Below are positions 39,797 through 49,541 of a stretch of DNA of 64,000 nucleotides, in pieces. The position numbers and the translations under genes are program-made. The notes below the pieces were generated by a model that worked only from the letters and a program-made list of their open reading frames with translations, had not been told where the DNA came from and did no database searches. The stretch comes from Bacillota bacterium (GTDB lineage: Bacteria > Bacillota > Clostridia > Lachnospirales > Lachnospiraceae): NCBI GenBank assembly GCA_023421075.1, contig JAEZUM010000046.1, positions 16,768-80,767 on the forward strand, given 5' to 3'. Each line of letters begins with the position of its first letter. Positions within the stretch are counted from its first letter, which is position 1.

Positions 39797-42043
39797 TCAA
39801 TAGCTACTCATCGGATCAAAATCAAATTGGAGATTACAGCCGGTAAACTGTTCGGAGTACGTAAAATACCCTTCCAGATAATTCTTCATCCGGATCAATT
39901 CCTCATAATCGCTGTATTTTAAGTAAATCACTCTTCGGAAGGTGTCGTTTACTCTCGCTATTGCCGCAGGAGCCGGTCCGATTACCGAAACACTCAGCTG
40001 CTCACGCTCCAGATATAGCTTTAACGCCTCTCCAAGCTGTGCCGCCGCCCGATCTGCTTTCTCCTCTTCCTTCGAAGTAATCAATGCCAACAACATATGA
40101 GCAACAGGGGGATATTGCAACAAACTGCGATAGAGGATCTCCTGTTCATAGAATGCCTCATAATCCCCGGCAGCAGCTGCAACAATGCTATAGTGCTCCG
40201 GATGATAGGTCTGAATTACTACCTCTCCCGGAAGTACATCTCTTCCGGCTCTGCCTGCTGCCTGACAGAGCAACTGAAAGGTTCTCTCACTTGCTCTGAA
40301 ATCACCGGTATACAATGAGAGATCAGCTGCTATGATTCCCACCAAGGTAACTTTCGGAAAATCGTGCCCCTTTACGATCATCTGCGTCCCCACAAGAATG
40401 TCAGCCCGATGCTCGGAAAATGCGTTAAGAATTGCTTCATGACCACCCTTATTCTTCGTGGTGTCGGTATCCATACGAAGTACTCTGGCACCCGGAAATT
40501 CCTTTTTCACCAGTTCCTCCACCTTCTGTGTTCCGGTACCGAACGCAGCAATATACCTGGAATTACAGGAGGGGCAATTACCCGGTTGTTTCTCGCTGTA
40601 CCCGCAGTAATGGCATACCATATTTCCATTATTATGAGAGGTTAGAGAAACATCGCAATGTGGACATTTCATCACATATCCGCAGCTGCGGCAGGATACA
40701 AAGCCGGCATAGCCACGGCGATTCAGAAACAGCATAATCTGTTCCTTCTTATTTAAACGATCCAGAATCAGTTCCTTCAGCTTCTCACTGAAAATGGATT
40801 TGTTCTTGTTCTTTAATTCTTCCCGAAGATCCGCAACCCAAACGACGGGCGGCTGTGCTTCCTTCGCTCTCTTTGTAAGCGTATAGCACTTCATGTCTCC
40901 CTTCTTCACCTGGAGAAAGGATTCGGTGGAGGGAGTGGCTGAACCAAGTACCACCGAGCTGCCGGTCAGTTCTGCTCTCTTCTTTGCAACAAGGATTGCA
41001 TGGTATTTTGGAGTTGTCTCACTCTTATAGCTATTCTCATGCTCCTCATCGATTATAATGAGACCAAGATTCCCAAAGGGCGTAAACAGCGCAGATCTAG
41101 GACCGATGATGATATCAATCTCCCCATTGCGGGCTCGTTGACTCTGGTCAAACCGTTCCCCCTGAGACATCTTAGAATTCATGATGGAGATTCGTTCCCC
41201 GAAGCGTCGGTAGAAACGCTGAACTGTCTGATAAGTAAGCGCTATCTCAGGTATCAGCAGGATGACCTGCTTACCCTTACTGACAACATAGGCAATCATC
41301 TCCATATATACTTCTGTTTTACCGCTTCCGGTAACTCCATGAAGAAGATAGCTGTCTCGGACTCCATGATCATAATCGTGCATAAAATCCGTTACGATAA
41401 CCTGCTGTTCCTCATTTAAGGTGACGGATTGATACTGATTATTTTGTATATTAATCGGATTACGATAAACCTGTTCGGATACCAATCTGGTAACTCCCTG
41501 CTTCTCCAATCCAAGAATTGTTTCTCTGGATATTTTAAGCTTATTCAATGCAACCTCATAATCCAGAACCTTATCACGAAGCAAGGCTTCTAAGAGCCGT
41601 AACCTGGCTTTATTGTTTTTTCTCTGATATTCATAATACAACTGACTTGCCTGTTCGTGATCGAGAACCAGCTGTATGCTTCGTTGTTCCTTGATTTTCA
41701 CCGCTTTCCGTACCGGAATGACCGTCTTTAAAGAATCATTCATCGTACCTCCAAAGGTTTCCTTGATCCAATAAGCAAGATAAATCAAGTGGCTATCAAT
41801 CATCGGAGCATCGGCAACTACCCTCGATATCGGTTTGATCAGCTCCGCCTTTAGCTTTGGCTCCGAGGACAAATCCACAATGTAACCGTTAATCTGTCGG
41901 TTCCCCTTACCAAAGGGTACAACAACAAGGGAGCCGATGACAGCCAGCTCTGACAATTCCTCCGGGATGGCATATTGGTATGTCTTATCTAGGTTCTCAT
42001 GGGAAATATCAATTATGATGTCAGCGTAGCTTTGATCAGACAT
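39797..42043 (-). CDS. priA: primosomal replication-restart helicase PriA
   Basis: GVTGSGKTEVY Walker A, DEEH, and a Cys4-Cys4 zinc insert (CRSCG...CPHC...CHYCG...CPSC). The start is taken at the ATG at 42043, with AAAGGAGG upstream. The track start at 42112 overlaps murE. Confidence 0.9.
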   Translation of the reverse strand: MSDQSYADIIIDISHENLDKTYQYAIPEELSELAVIGSLVVVPFGKGNRQINGYIVDLSSEPKLKAELIKPISRVVADAPMIDSHLIYLAYWIKETFGGTMNDSLKTVIPVRKAVKIKEQRSIQLVLDHEQASQLYYEYQRKNNKARLRLLEALLRDKVLDYEVALNKLKISRETILGLEKQGVTRLVSEQVYRNPINIQNNQYQSVTLNEEQQVIVTDFMHDYDHGVRDSYLLHGVTGSGKTEVYMEMIAYVVSKGKQVILLIPEIALTYQTVQRFYRRFGERISIMNSKMSQGERFDQSQRARNGEIDIIIGPRSALFTPFGNLGLIIIDEEHENSYKSETTPKYHAILVAKKRAELTGSSVVLGSATPSTESFLQVKKGDMKCYTLTKRAKEAQPPVVWVADLREELKNKNKSIFSEKLKELILDRLNKKEQIMLFLNRRGYAGFVSCRSCGYVMKCPHCDVSLTSHNNGNMVCHYCGYSEKQPGNCPSCNSRYIAAFGTGTQKVEELVKKEFPGARVLRMDTDTTKNKGGHEAILNAFSEHRADILVGTQMIVKGHDFPKVTLVGIIAADLSLYTGDFRASERTFQLLCQAAGRAGRDVLPGEVVIQTYHPEHYSIVAAAAGDYEAFYEQEILYRSLLQYPPVAHMLLALITSKEEEKADRAAAQLGEALKLYLEREQLSVSVIGPAPAAIARVNDTFRRVIYLKYSDYEELIRMKNYLEGYFTYSEQFTGCNLQFDFDPMSSY

Positions 42044-42080
42044 AACGGCCTCCTTTGGTATCAATTGTTGTGAATATCTT

Positions 42081-43553
42081 CTACAGGAGCGCTGACTTAC
42101 TCTGTGCGGCAACCTCTCGAATCAGCTCACGGTCATCCATGTGGTATTTCACGCCTTTGATTTCCTGATAATCTTCATGCCCCTTACCGGCTACAACAAT
42201 AACATCACCTTCCTCGGCATGATCGATACTATAGCGGATTGCTTCCTTACGGTCGATAATCTCCACAAATTTACCGGGTCCTCTCTTCACACCCTCCAGA
42301 ATATCATTCACGATATCCTGTGGTTCCTCAAAGCGTGGATTATCACTGGTTACAATCGTAAGGTCTGCCATATTGGAGGATACCTCACCCATCTCATAGC
42401 GCCTGCTTTTTGCCCTATTTCCACCACATCCAAAGACACAGACCAAGCGCTTCGGGTTATATTCCTTCAGAGTGGTCAAGAGACTCTCGAGACTCATGGC
42501 ATTGTGAGCATAATCCAACATCACACTAAAATGCTTGGATACCGGAACAAGCTCAACTCTGCCTTTGACATAGACATTTCCCAGGGATTTCATAATTTCT
42601 TCATTGCTTACTCCGAAATGCCTGCAAAGAGAAATCGCACATAAGGAATTATATACATTAAATTTGCCTGGAATATTCATCTCCACATCAAGATTCATCA
42701 AGCCTTCCACGTGATAAGCAATTCCTAAGAAACCGGGTTTTTGCAACAGCTTGACATCGGTAGCACGAATATCCGCCATCTCTGTGAAACCGAAGGTCTC
42801 CACCTCACAGGTATGGCCTTCCAGAATGTCAGATGCATGTTCATCATCGATATTGATTAAGCCCAATTTGCATTGCTTAAATAATTTACTCTTACTGGTC
42901 AGATAATCCTCAAAGTCCGTATGCTCCGCACCACCGATATGATCCTCACCAAGATTGGTGAATATACCATAATCAAAGGTGAAGCCTGCAACCCGGTTTA
43001 GCTTCAAGCCCTGGGAGGATACCTCCATCACCACACACTCGCAACCGGCTTCCACCATCTGAGCGAAGGTCTGTTGCAGGGTATAGGATTCCGGTGTTGT
43101 ATTACTGGCTGGTATCACGGTATCTCCTATTATTGTCTCGATGGTTCCGATTAATCCGACCTTCTTACCGGTATTCTCAAGAATCGATTTGATCATATAG
43201 GTCGTTGTTGTCTTGCCTTTCGTTCCGGTAATACCTATGGTTTTCAAATTCCTTGCAGGATGCCCAAAATATGCGGCAGACATAAAAGCAAGTGCTAGTC
43301 TGGTGTCCTTCACTCTTATCACGGTTATATTGGAAGGCAGATCAATATCTTTTTCTACAATAATCGCCAGAGCTCCCTTCTCTGCAACCTCCTTTGCATA
43401 TGCATGCCCATCCGATACCGCTCCCGTAATACATACAAACACACAATCCGCAGTTACCTTTCTCGAATCATAAACCAGCTCCTTGACAGAGCAGCGATCA
43501 TCTCCCTGAATGCAGGTATATTCTAATTGAGCGATCATATCCTTCAAAATCAT
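42081..43553 (-). CDS. murE: UDP-N-acetylmuramoyl-L-alanyl-D-glutamate--2,6-diaminopimelate ligase MurE
   Basis: 490 aa. GITGTKGKTTT P-loop and a DNPR motif, which is associated with meso-DAP-adding enzymes. Confidence 0.88.
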   Translation of the reverse strand: MILKDMIAQLEYTCIQGDDRCSVKELVYDSRKVTADCVFVCITGAVSDGHAYAKEVAEKGALAIIVEKDIDLPSNITVIRVKDTRLALAFMSAAYFGHPARNLKTIGITGTKGKTTTTYMIKSILENTGKKVGLIGTIETIIGDTVIPASNTTPESYTLQQTFAQMVEAGCECVVMEVSSQGLKLNRVAGFTFDYGIFTNLGEDHIGGAEHTDFEDYLTSKSKLFKQCKLGLINIDDEHASDILEGHTCEVETFGFTEMADIRATDVKLLQKPGFLGIAYHVEGLMNLDVEMNIPGKFNVYNSLCAISLCRHFGVSNEEIMKSLGNVYVKGRVELVPVSKHFSVMLDYAHNAMSLESLLTTLKEYNPKRLVCVFGCGGNRAKSRRYEMGEVSSNMADLTIVTSDNPRFEEPQDIVNDILEGVKRGPGKFVEIIDRKEAIRYSIDHAEEGDVIVVAGKGHEDYQEIKGVKYHMDDRELIREVAAQSKSALL

Positions 43554-43660
43554 AAGTAGTCCTCCTTCGATTACCGCTTGATATTTATATTATTTCCAAT
43601 AATTGTAATTCTTTTATTCTACACAATATAATTATAGGCGATTTATACTATTTGTAAAGC

Positions 43661-43695
43661 AAAAAGATAGGATGAGGAGTAGCCATCCCCATCCT
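43661..43695 (-). terminator. rho-independent terminator after the PhzF-family gene
   Basis: On the minus strand, stem AGGATGGGGA / TCCTCATCCT is followed by ATCTTTTTGCTTT. Confidence 0.6.
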
Positions 43696-43742
43696 TACAA
43701 TATATGTTATCCATGTGAATTTAACATAGTCTGTGGTGTCGT

Positions 43743-44519
43743 CTAGAGATAAATATCTCCGATCAGATGTGTTACTGCTTTCCCACTGATCTCAACACGA
43801 TCCCCATTATCCTTACAGACTAACTCTCCACCTCTTTGGGAGCATTGCCTTGCTGACAGGCTCTTCTTTCCGAGACGTTCACTCCAGTAAGGGATCAAAC
43901 TGGTATGAGAGGAACCGGTTACCGGATCTTCTACAATTCCTGCACCGGGAGCAAAAAAACGAGACACAAAATCGCAGCTCTCCCCTGGTGCGGTTACAAT
44001 AAATCCAAAATACTGATCAATCTTCATCAACATACCAAAATCCGGTTTCATCCCAATTAAGGTTTGCTCACTGTCAACTACCGCCAATAGATCCCTCGCA
44101 CTTAGTGTCTCTGATACCTTCACACCCAATGCCGCCTCGAGAAGTTCCGGCTTTGAGCACGGAACCGGTTTTCTGGCAGGAAAATCCATGGTAAAAAGCT
44201 CTCCCGTTCTGGTTACCGTTAATATTCCACTCATTGTATGAAATTGAACCATCTGCATCGAGGGTTCTATATAATTCATCAATACATAGGCACTGCCTAA
44301 GGTAGCGTGTCCACAGAGATCAATTTCCACCTCAGGAGTAAACCAACGAAGCTTATAGCCCTCTTCTATTTTCACCAGAAAAGCCGTCTCTGCCAGATTG
44401 TTCTCAAAGGCAATTTTCTGCATAAGCTCATCCTCCGGCCATTGATCCATAACACAGACTCCTGCCGGATTACCGCAAAAGTTCTTGTCTGTAAATACAT
44501 CCACGACATAATATTTCAT
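43743..44519 (-). CDS. PhzF-family isomerase
   Basis: 258 aa. N-terminal VDVFT...F.GNPA motif and an internal duplicate fold with EDPVTGS. Confidence 0.8.
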   Translation of the reverse strand: MKYYVVDVFTDKNFCGNPAGVCVMDQWPEDELMQKIAFENNLAETAFLVKIEEGYKLRWFTPEVEIDLCGHATLGSAYVLMNYIEPSMQMVQFHTMSGILTVTRTGELFTMDFPARKPVPCSKPELLEAALGVKVSETLSARDLLAVVDSEQTLIGMKPDFGMLMKIDQYFGFIVTAPGESCDFVSRFFAPGAGIVEDPVTGSSHTSLIPYWSERLGKKSLSARQCSQRGGELVCKDNGDRVEISGKAVTHLIGDIYL

Positions 44520-44601
44520 ATTCTCTAGCCCTCCCGACCAATTAACAATCTACTTATCTCCAGATTAATGCGCATCTGAAGTCTGTACCGATGAGATCCA
44601 C

Positions 44602-45381
44602 TCAGACGATTTTCTTCGGGTCATAACAATAGCTTCTGACTCTTCCATATGTCACTTCGTTAAAATGATATTTCTCCCCGCCTTCTTCAAAGCAAAACTC
44701 GACTTCTCTGCCTACCATCGTTCCTTTTATGATTTGTTGAGTTATAAATAACACATCCTCGATATAACTGATTCCGAGAATATTCTTGGATTGATGAATA
44801 TGTCCCGGATAGATGATCAGCTCCGGATATGGCCTGACAATCTCTAATAGACGTTCGATCTGCTTTTCATACTCTATTAATGTGCTGCTCTCCTCCAGCC
44901 ACATCCAGTAAATACCGGCACCAATGGTATCACCGGTATAGATCAGTTGATTCTCACGGTCCAGAAGAACAACACTACCAAAGGTATGTCCCGGTACCAA
45001 AAGTACCTCAAGACATATTCCGCCAAGGTCGAATACTTGTCCCTCTGTTATATCCTTTATCGTTCTTAGGTCTACTCCCTTTTTATCTTCCTCAAGCATC
45101 CAAAGATCCTTATGCTGAAGATACATATCACATCCGGCAGCCATAAATTCATCTGCACCAATTCCGGCATGATCACCATGTCCATGGGTTAAAATCATCG
45201 ATAAGGGTAATTCAGTGATCTCACGGGCTTTTTCATAGACCCCTGCCACCTCACAAAGTCCATCGATCATAACTGCAGCATGATCACCGCATACCAGATA
45301 AGCGTCCACTGGACTAAATTCATTCTTTTCATGGAATTGCCATACTCTGTCATTGATCCGAAATATCTCAAGTGTATTCAT
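44602..45381 (-). CDS. MBL-fold metallo-hydrolase
   Basis: THGHGDH metal-binding motif. The start is taken at the ATG at 45381 (MNTLEIF), 5 nt after GAGGA. The track start is at 45420. Confidence 0.78.
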   Translation of the reverse strand: MNTLEIFRINDRVWQFHEKNEFSPVDAYLVCGDHAAVMIDGLCEVAGVYEKAREITELPLSMILTHGHGDHAGIGADEFMAAGCDMYLQHKDLWMLEEDKKGVDLRTIKDITEGQVFDLGGICLEVLLVPGHTFGSVVLLDRENQLIYTGDTIGAGIYWMWLEESSTLIEYEKQIERLLEIVRPYPELIIYPGHIHQSKNILGISYIEDVLFITQQIIKGTMVGREVEFCFEEGGEKYHFNEVTYGRVRSYCYDPKKIV

Positions 45382-45627
45382 ATTCTTCCTCATTTCTGCA
45401 CTGCTTTTATTTATACACATCTCATGATCGTGTACACGCGGTATATTTTATTCAGGTTACCACCATTTGTTAAAAATGTCCATAAAATTTACATTACCCG
45501 GCATGAGACTTCATTACCATTCCTGCAGGTTCAATGGTACCGTCTCACACCGGGCTTAAAGTAAAAAAATTATAAGATCACTGATGATTTACTTAAGAAA
45601 TCATGACCGGGCAGGCTTCATAATTGA

Positions 45628-48600
45628 CTAATTATGGTAAAAGAATCTTACAATAGCTGTGCCCATTCCTCTTGTATATGGATCATAGCGGTAATTAACG
45701 GCGCCTGCTTGTGCTGCCATCGTTGCAGTATCTGTTCCACGAGCAGGACAAATCATCTGCACATGATTCGTATTCATTGCAACCGCAACGGTAGGCAGGC
45801 CTGCGTTAGCCTTTTGCTGAGCTTCACTCGCAGAGACCTCATGCCAGCCAAATGAAGGCCCAAATTTGACAAGCCATTCGGTCATACGCGTTGCACTCAT
45901 TTCATAATACTCACCGGGTTTCCTACTTACTGCTTCTGCTCCGGTCTTCGGATTATAATAATGAGGAATCTCTACGTTCATACCGATGGTTGCATCCCAT
46001 ACGAAGATGTTACACCATGTTACCCCGGGAGTTGGTACTCCGTTTCTTGTATCCTTTTTGTATCTGATATTATCTTCTACTTTAAATTGATCAAGAATCA
46101 TATCATAAACAAGCTTTGACCGTGGTCCGGAGTTTATGAATTTCGGAAGAACCTCTGTCCATTGAGCCTGTACCTCAGCGGTTCCGGTCGGATTTTCCTT
46201 GATAGCTGGTACCACCTCATATCCCCAGGCATTTGGATCTACACCGTCATTTAACCCATCACCGTCCGTATCTGCCATGGTAGGATCGGAAAGAGCATTA
46301 TAAACCGTAATACTCTTTAATGAAATAATATCTTCGATCGGATAACCTTTTGCAACTAACTGTGCTTTAATGAATAGGGTTAAATCCAATAATTCTGTTG
46401 TGCCAAGCTCGTTATAATCCGATACTCCGTCACCGTCCGTGTCTACCCCATTATTCTCAGGTAAGGCAGGCAGCTTGATGTAGCGGAAGCCATGCTTCAA
46501 GATCACCCATACTCCATCCGAGGTCTCCTCGCCTATCATTCCTGCCAGGGTAAGAAGAACCGTACTGAAGTCATCATAGATACTCGCAAACAAGCCACCG
46601 GTGGTTTTCCATAACGGAGAATAATCGTAGGTACCCGTGTGTTCACCCGTATAGGTGATCACTGAGGTAATAATCCCTGCTGCCTTAAGACGGGCTGCTT
46701 CTTCCTCTAAGGAGATAACGCCATAAGAGGTATATGTCTTATAAGGTGCATCCGTAATCAAAATGGCGAATTTACTAGCTGTTTGACGCCAGTCCAGACG
46801 TCTTGCGGTCTCGAGTGCATCAACATCCGATTCCGGCGTATCACCGCCACCGGTTGCCCGAAGTGTATTAAGCATGGTAATAAAATCAGATACTCTAGAA
46901 TACCAGTTTGAGGTACCATTCTTAATAACCTTCGTCGTATCAGGACCATCTTCCTCAAGATCCTTGAAATCAATCAGCGCAAAATTAACCTGAACATCAT
47001 ATTCGGTTGCCAAAAGGGTTACAAAGTTCGTTATATTCCTTATAACGGCCGAAATCTCTCCAGACATAGAGCCTGTTGTATCAATAACAAAGACAATATC
47101 GGCCTGCCCGCTGATCGTGGAGGGAGGATCTGCTTCCATGCTAATCGCGGATGGTGTTACTACTTCCATCATGTCAACGGAAGGTGTCTCAAGGCTGTAT
47201 GGTATAATGGTGATCTCAGCCTCCTCCGGTAACTCATTGCTCATCGAAGGCGGTAAGTCCGGTGACATCGGTTCTGCCATGTACATTCTGCTTGCTGTGG
47301 GAGCCGGAATGAAGTCATCGACATCAATTCCAAGTGCAGTCAGAAATTCAGCAACGTCAAGGACAAAATACGTTCCGGCTGCATCCGGATTACAGTAGAG
47401 CGAGGTTCCCCTCAGTACAGAAGAGGGAACCGGTAAAAAGCTGCCATCCGGACTAAGCTTACATATCATTAAATTCTTAAGATAATCTACCCCTTTGATC
47501 AGGGCTAAGGCACTCATATCAAATCCAAGTGTCAACGATCCGTCAAACAGCTCCTCATTACCGCCAATGACGACCGGCTTGCCAATCAGAGATCGGGTAT
47601 CCAGTAATGTGGCATCCCCAGAGGGTCTTAAGGATACTCGTTCGTCTATATTCCCACTGAGATATCCGATTACCGAAGGTCCTGCTAGATTGTCTGTAAG
47701 TAGCTCTGTTCCGATTGCCTCGGCCGATAAGCTCTGTTCAAACTTGAGAGATCCGTCGGTAGGATCCTTTGGATCAAGGCCCATCGCAACTTCAAGTCCA
47801 TCAGAAAGGCCATCTCCATCCGTATCCTTAAGGATTGGATCAGTCTTATAGTTATTGATCTCCTCTCCATCCGATAAACCATCCAGGTCAGTGTCGTTTC
47901 TCTCCCAGAAGGTATAATGTTCTGTAATCTCAGACCAGTCTGATAGACCGTCTCCATCGGTATCCTTTTCCGGATCTTTATAGCTCTCAACATCCTCTTC
48001 CGGTGTCAAGGGATCAGTATATAACACGAACAACTCGATAAAATCACTTAAGGTATCACCATCGGTATCCTTATTATCAATCTTAGTACCGTAAAGTTCT
48101 TCATCGTCATCATAAACACCGTCACCATCAATATCAGTGGGATCCGGTATCGGAGGGAACGATGTAGGAACCGGAGTTGGATTCGTAACCGGTGGTATGT
48201 AAGGACCCGCGTTATTCGTCGGTATTACGGTAGGTGTCGGTGTCGGTGTTGAAGCGGAGGTCGGAGCCACTACAGTAATTTCAAGCAGCTTCGATACCGA
48301 TCTTTGGACCGTATCCTTTTTGTCCCGATATGCAACAGCGGTTATTTTATATACACCAGCTACCTTTGGAGTGAATATCCCGTTTGCTTTCATAACTCCT
48401 GCTTCTGATGTCTTTCCGCTTTTCGTATTAAGAATTTCTTTCCCCTCTGCGTCACATACGACCCAGTAGGTCTTATTAGAGGTACCCTTTGGTTGAATCG
48501 TCTTGTTAAAGTTATAGGAGGTTCCCAGTACTATTTTATTATCTTTAGGTGGATTATTAATTATAATCTTGGTTGCATCAATACTGATCTTTACTTTATC

Positions 48601-49005
48601 GACCAATTTAGCAACCTTTTTACCTTCTCTGTCATATACTGTCACTGTAACCTTATAGGACTTTCCTAATACCTCCTTTGCCTCAGCCAGAGTATATACC
48701 GAAACCTTGGAAGAGTTCCCTGCTGCTGTCAACTCTTTCGTACGGAGAGATTTATCCTTCTGGAAGCTCACATATGGTTCAATTGCTCCATTCAGACTCC
48801 AGCTGATCTTATAACCCTTCTCCACATTACGAACGGTATATAGATTACTGGTTCCCACGTAAGAATACGCATGCTTTTGTATGGTCGGAGCAGATCCGTT
48901 TGCAGCAAGAATTCTGTCCGTCGGAATTACTGAAGTCAAAAAACTAAGAATAATCAGTAATGATATTAGTTTTTTTCTTCTTAAGTATTGTCTCATTTGC
49001 TTCAT
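45628..49005 (-). CDS. secreted multidomain protein: signal peptide, Ig-like repeats, P/T linker, thrombospondin type-3 calcium-binding repeats, vWA domain, C-terminal Cys/His (NlpC/P60-Tae-like) domain
   Basis: 1125 aa. N-terminal signal sequence. Repeated DTDGDGLSD-type motifs in two blocks. A vWA MIDAS motif, DIVFVIDTTGSMSG...T...D. The C-terminal ~200 aa contain TWCNIFVWD and NHVQMICP. There is no LPXTG or other anchor. Confidence 0.8.
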   Translation of the reverse strand: MKQMRQYLRRKKLISLLIILSFLTSVIPTDRILAANGSAPTIQKHAYSYVGTSNLYTVRNVEKGYKISWSLNGAIEPYVSFQKDKSLRTKELTAAGNSSKVSVYTLAEAKEVLGKSYKVTVTVYDREGKKVAKLVDKVKISIDATKIIINNPPKDNKIVLGTSYNFNKTIQPKGTSNKTYWVVCDAEGKEILNTKSGKTSEAGVMKANGIFTPKVAGVYKITAVAYRDKKDTVQRSVSKLLEITVVAPTSASTPTPTPTVIPTNNAGPYIPPVTNPTPVPTSFPPIPDPTDIDGDGVYDDDEELYGTKIDNKDTDGDTLSDFIELFVLYTDPLTPEEDVESYKDPEKDTDGDGLSDWSEITEHYTFWERNDTDLDGLSDGEEINNYKTDPILKDTDGDGLSDGLEVAMGLDPKDPTDGSLKFEQSLSAEAIGTELLTDNLAGPSVIGYLSGNIDERVSLRPSGDATLLDTRSLIGKPVVIGGNEELFDGSLTLGFDMSALALIKGVDYLKNLMICKLSPDGSFLPVPSSVLRGTSLYCNPDAAGTYFVLDVAEFLTALGIDVDDFIPAPTASRMYMAEPMSPDLPPSMSNELPEEAEITIIPYSLETPSVDMMEVVTPSAISMEADPPSTISGQADIVFVIDTTGSMSGEISAVIRNITNFVTLLATEYDVQVNFALIDFKDLEEDGPDTTKVIKNGTSNWYSRVSDFITMLNTLRATGGGDTPESDVDALETARRLDWRQTASKFAILITDAPYKTYTSYGVISLEEEAARLKAAGIITSVITYTGEHTGTYDYSPLWKTTGGLFASIYDDFSTVLLTLAGMIGEETSDGVWVILKHGFRYIKLPALPENNGVDTDGDGVSDYNELGTTELLDLTLFIKAQLVAKGYPIEDIISLKSITVYNALSDPTMADTDGDGLNDGVDPNAWGYEVVPAIKENPTGTAEVQAQWTEVLPKFINSGPRSKLVYDMILDQFKVEDNIRYKKDTRNGVPTPGVTWCNIFVWDATIGMNVEIPHYYNPKTGAEAVSRKPGEYYEMSATRMTEWLVKFGPSFGWHEVSASEAQQKANAGLPTVAVAMNTNHVQMICPARGTDTATMAAQAGAVNYRYDPYTRGMGTAIVRFFYHN

Positions 49006-49065
49006 TTCTATTACCTCCTTATTATAATAAAGAAAGCCTGTCTTTCCGGCTTTCTTTTTTCCGGT

Positions 49066-49097
49066 ACGAAAAAAACCACCTTTGCCGTAAGGTGGTT
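49066..49097 (-). terminator. rho-independent terminator downstream of comEC
   Basis: On the minus strand, AACCACCTT-ACGGCA-AAGGTGGTT is followed by TTTTTCG (a 7-U tract counting the stem end). Confidence 0.7.
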
Positions 49098-49353
49098 CTC
49101 ATTTGCAAATGCTATTTCGATTTATAGTACAAATTGAAATTTATCTCATAAGTAATTCCTATTTTTTAATCATTTTACTCATCAACAGAAGCTGTTCATT
49201 AATAATATATGAGGCTGTCCAAGATTTTATAACTGTTTATGAATAAACATTGATATCTCATCAAATATATCTGATATTCGGCAGATTACAATGTCATTCG
49301 AACGTTATATATGTGTGACCACATTCCGTATCCTCATCCAGGGTGATCACTTA

Positions 49354-49541
49354 CATCTTCATCTTGTGTCTCCATCTCGTGTCTCCATCTTGTGTCTTTA
49401 TCTCGTGTCTCCATCTTGTGTCTTCATCTCGTGTCTTCTTCTGTGTCTTCATCTGTGTCTTCATCTTGTGTCTTCATCTGTGTCTTCATCTGTGACCTCA
49501 TCTTGTATCTTCATCTGTGACCTCACCCCGTGCCCCATCTT
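49354..49541. repeat. imperfect tandem repeat, about 14 units of 12 or 13 nt (plus-strand unit GTGTCTYCATCT[Y])
   Basis: Units were read directly. There are five 13-nt units from 49366 to 49430, then mixed 12- and 13-nt units up to about 49529. The comEC stop codon (49461..49463) lies inside unit 8. Confidence 0.85.
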
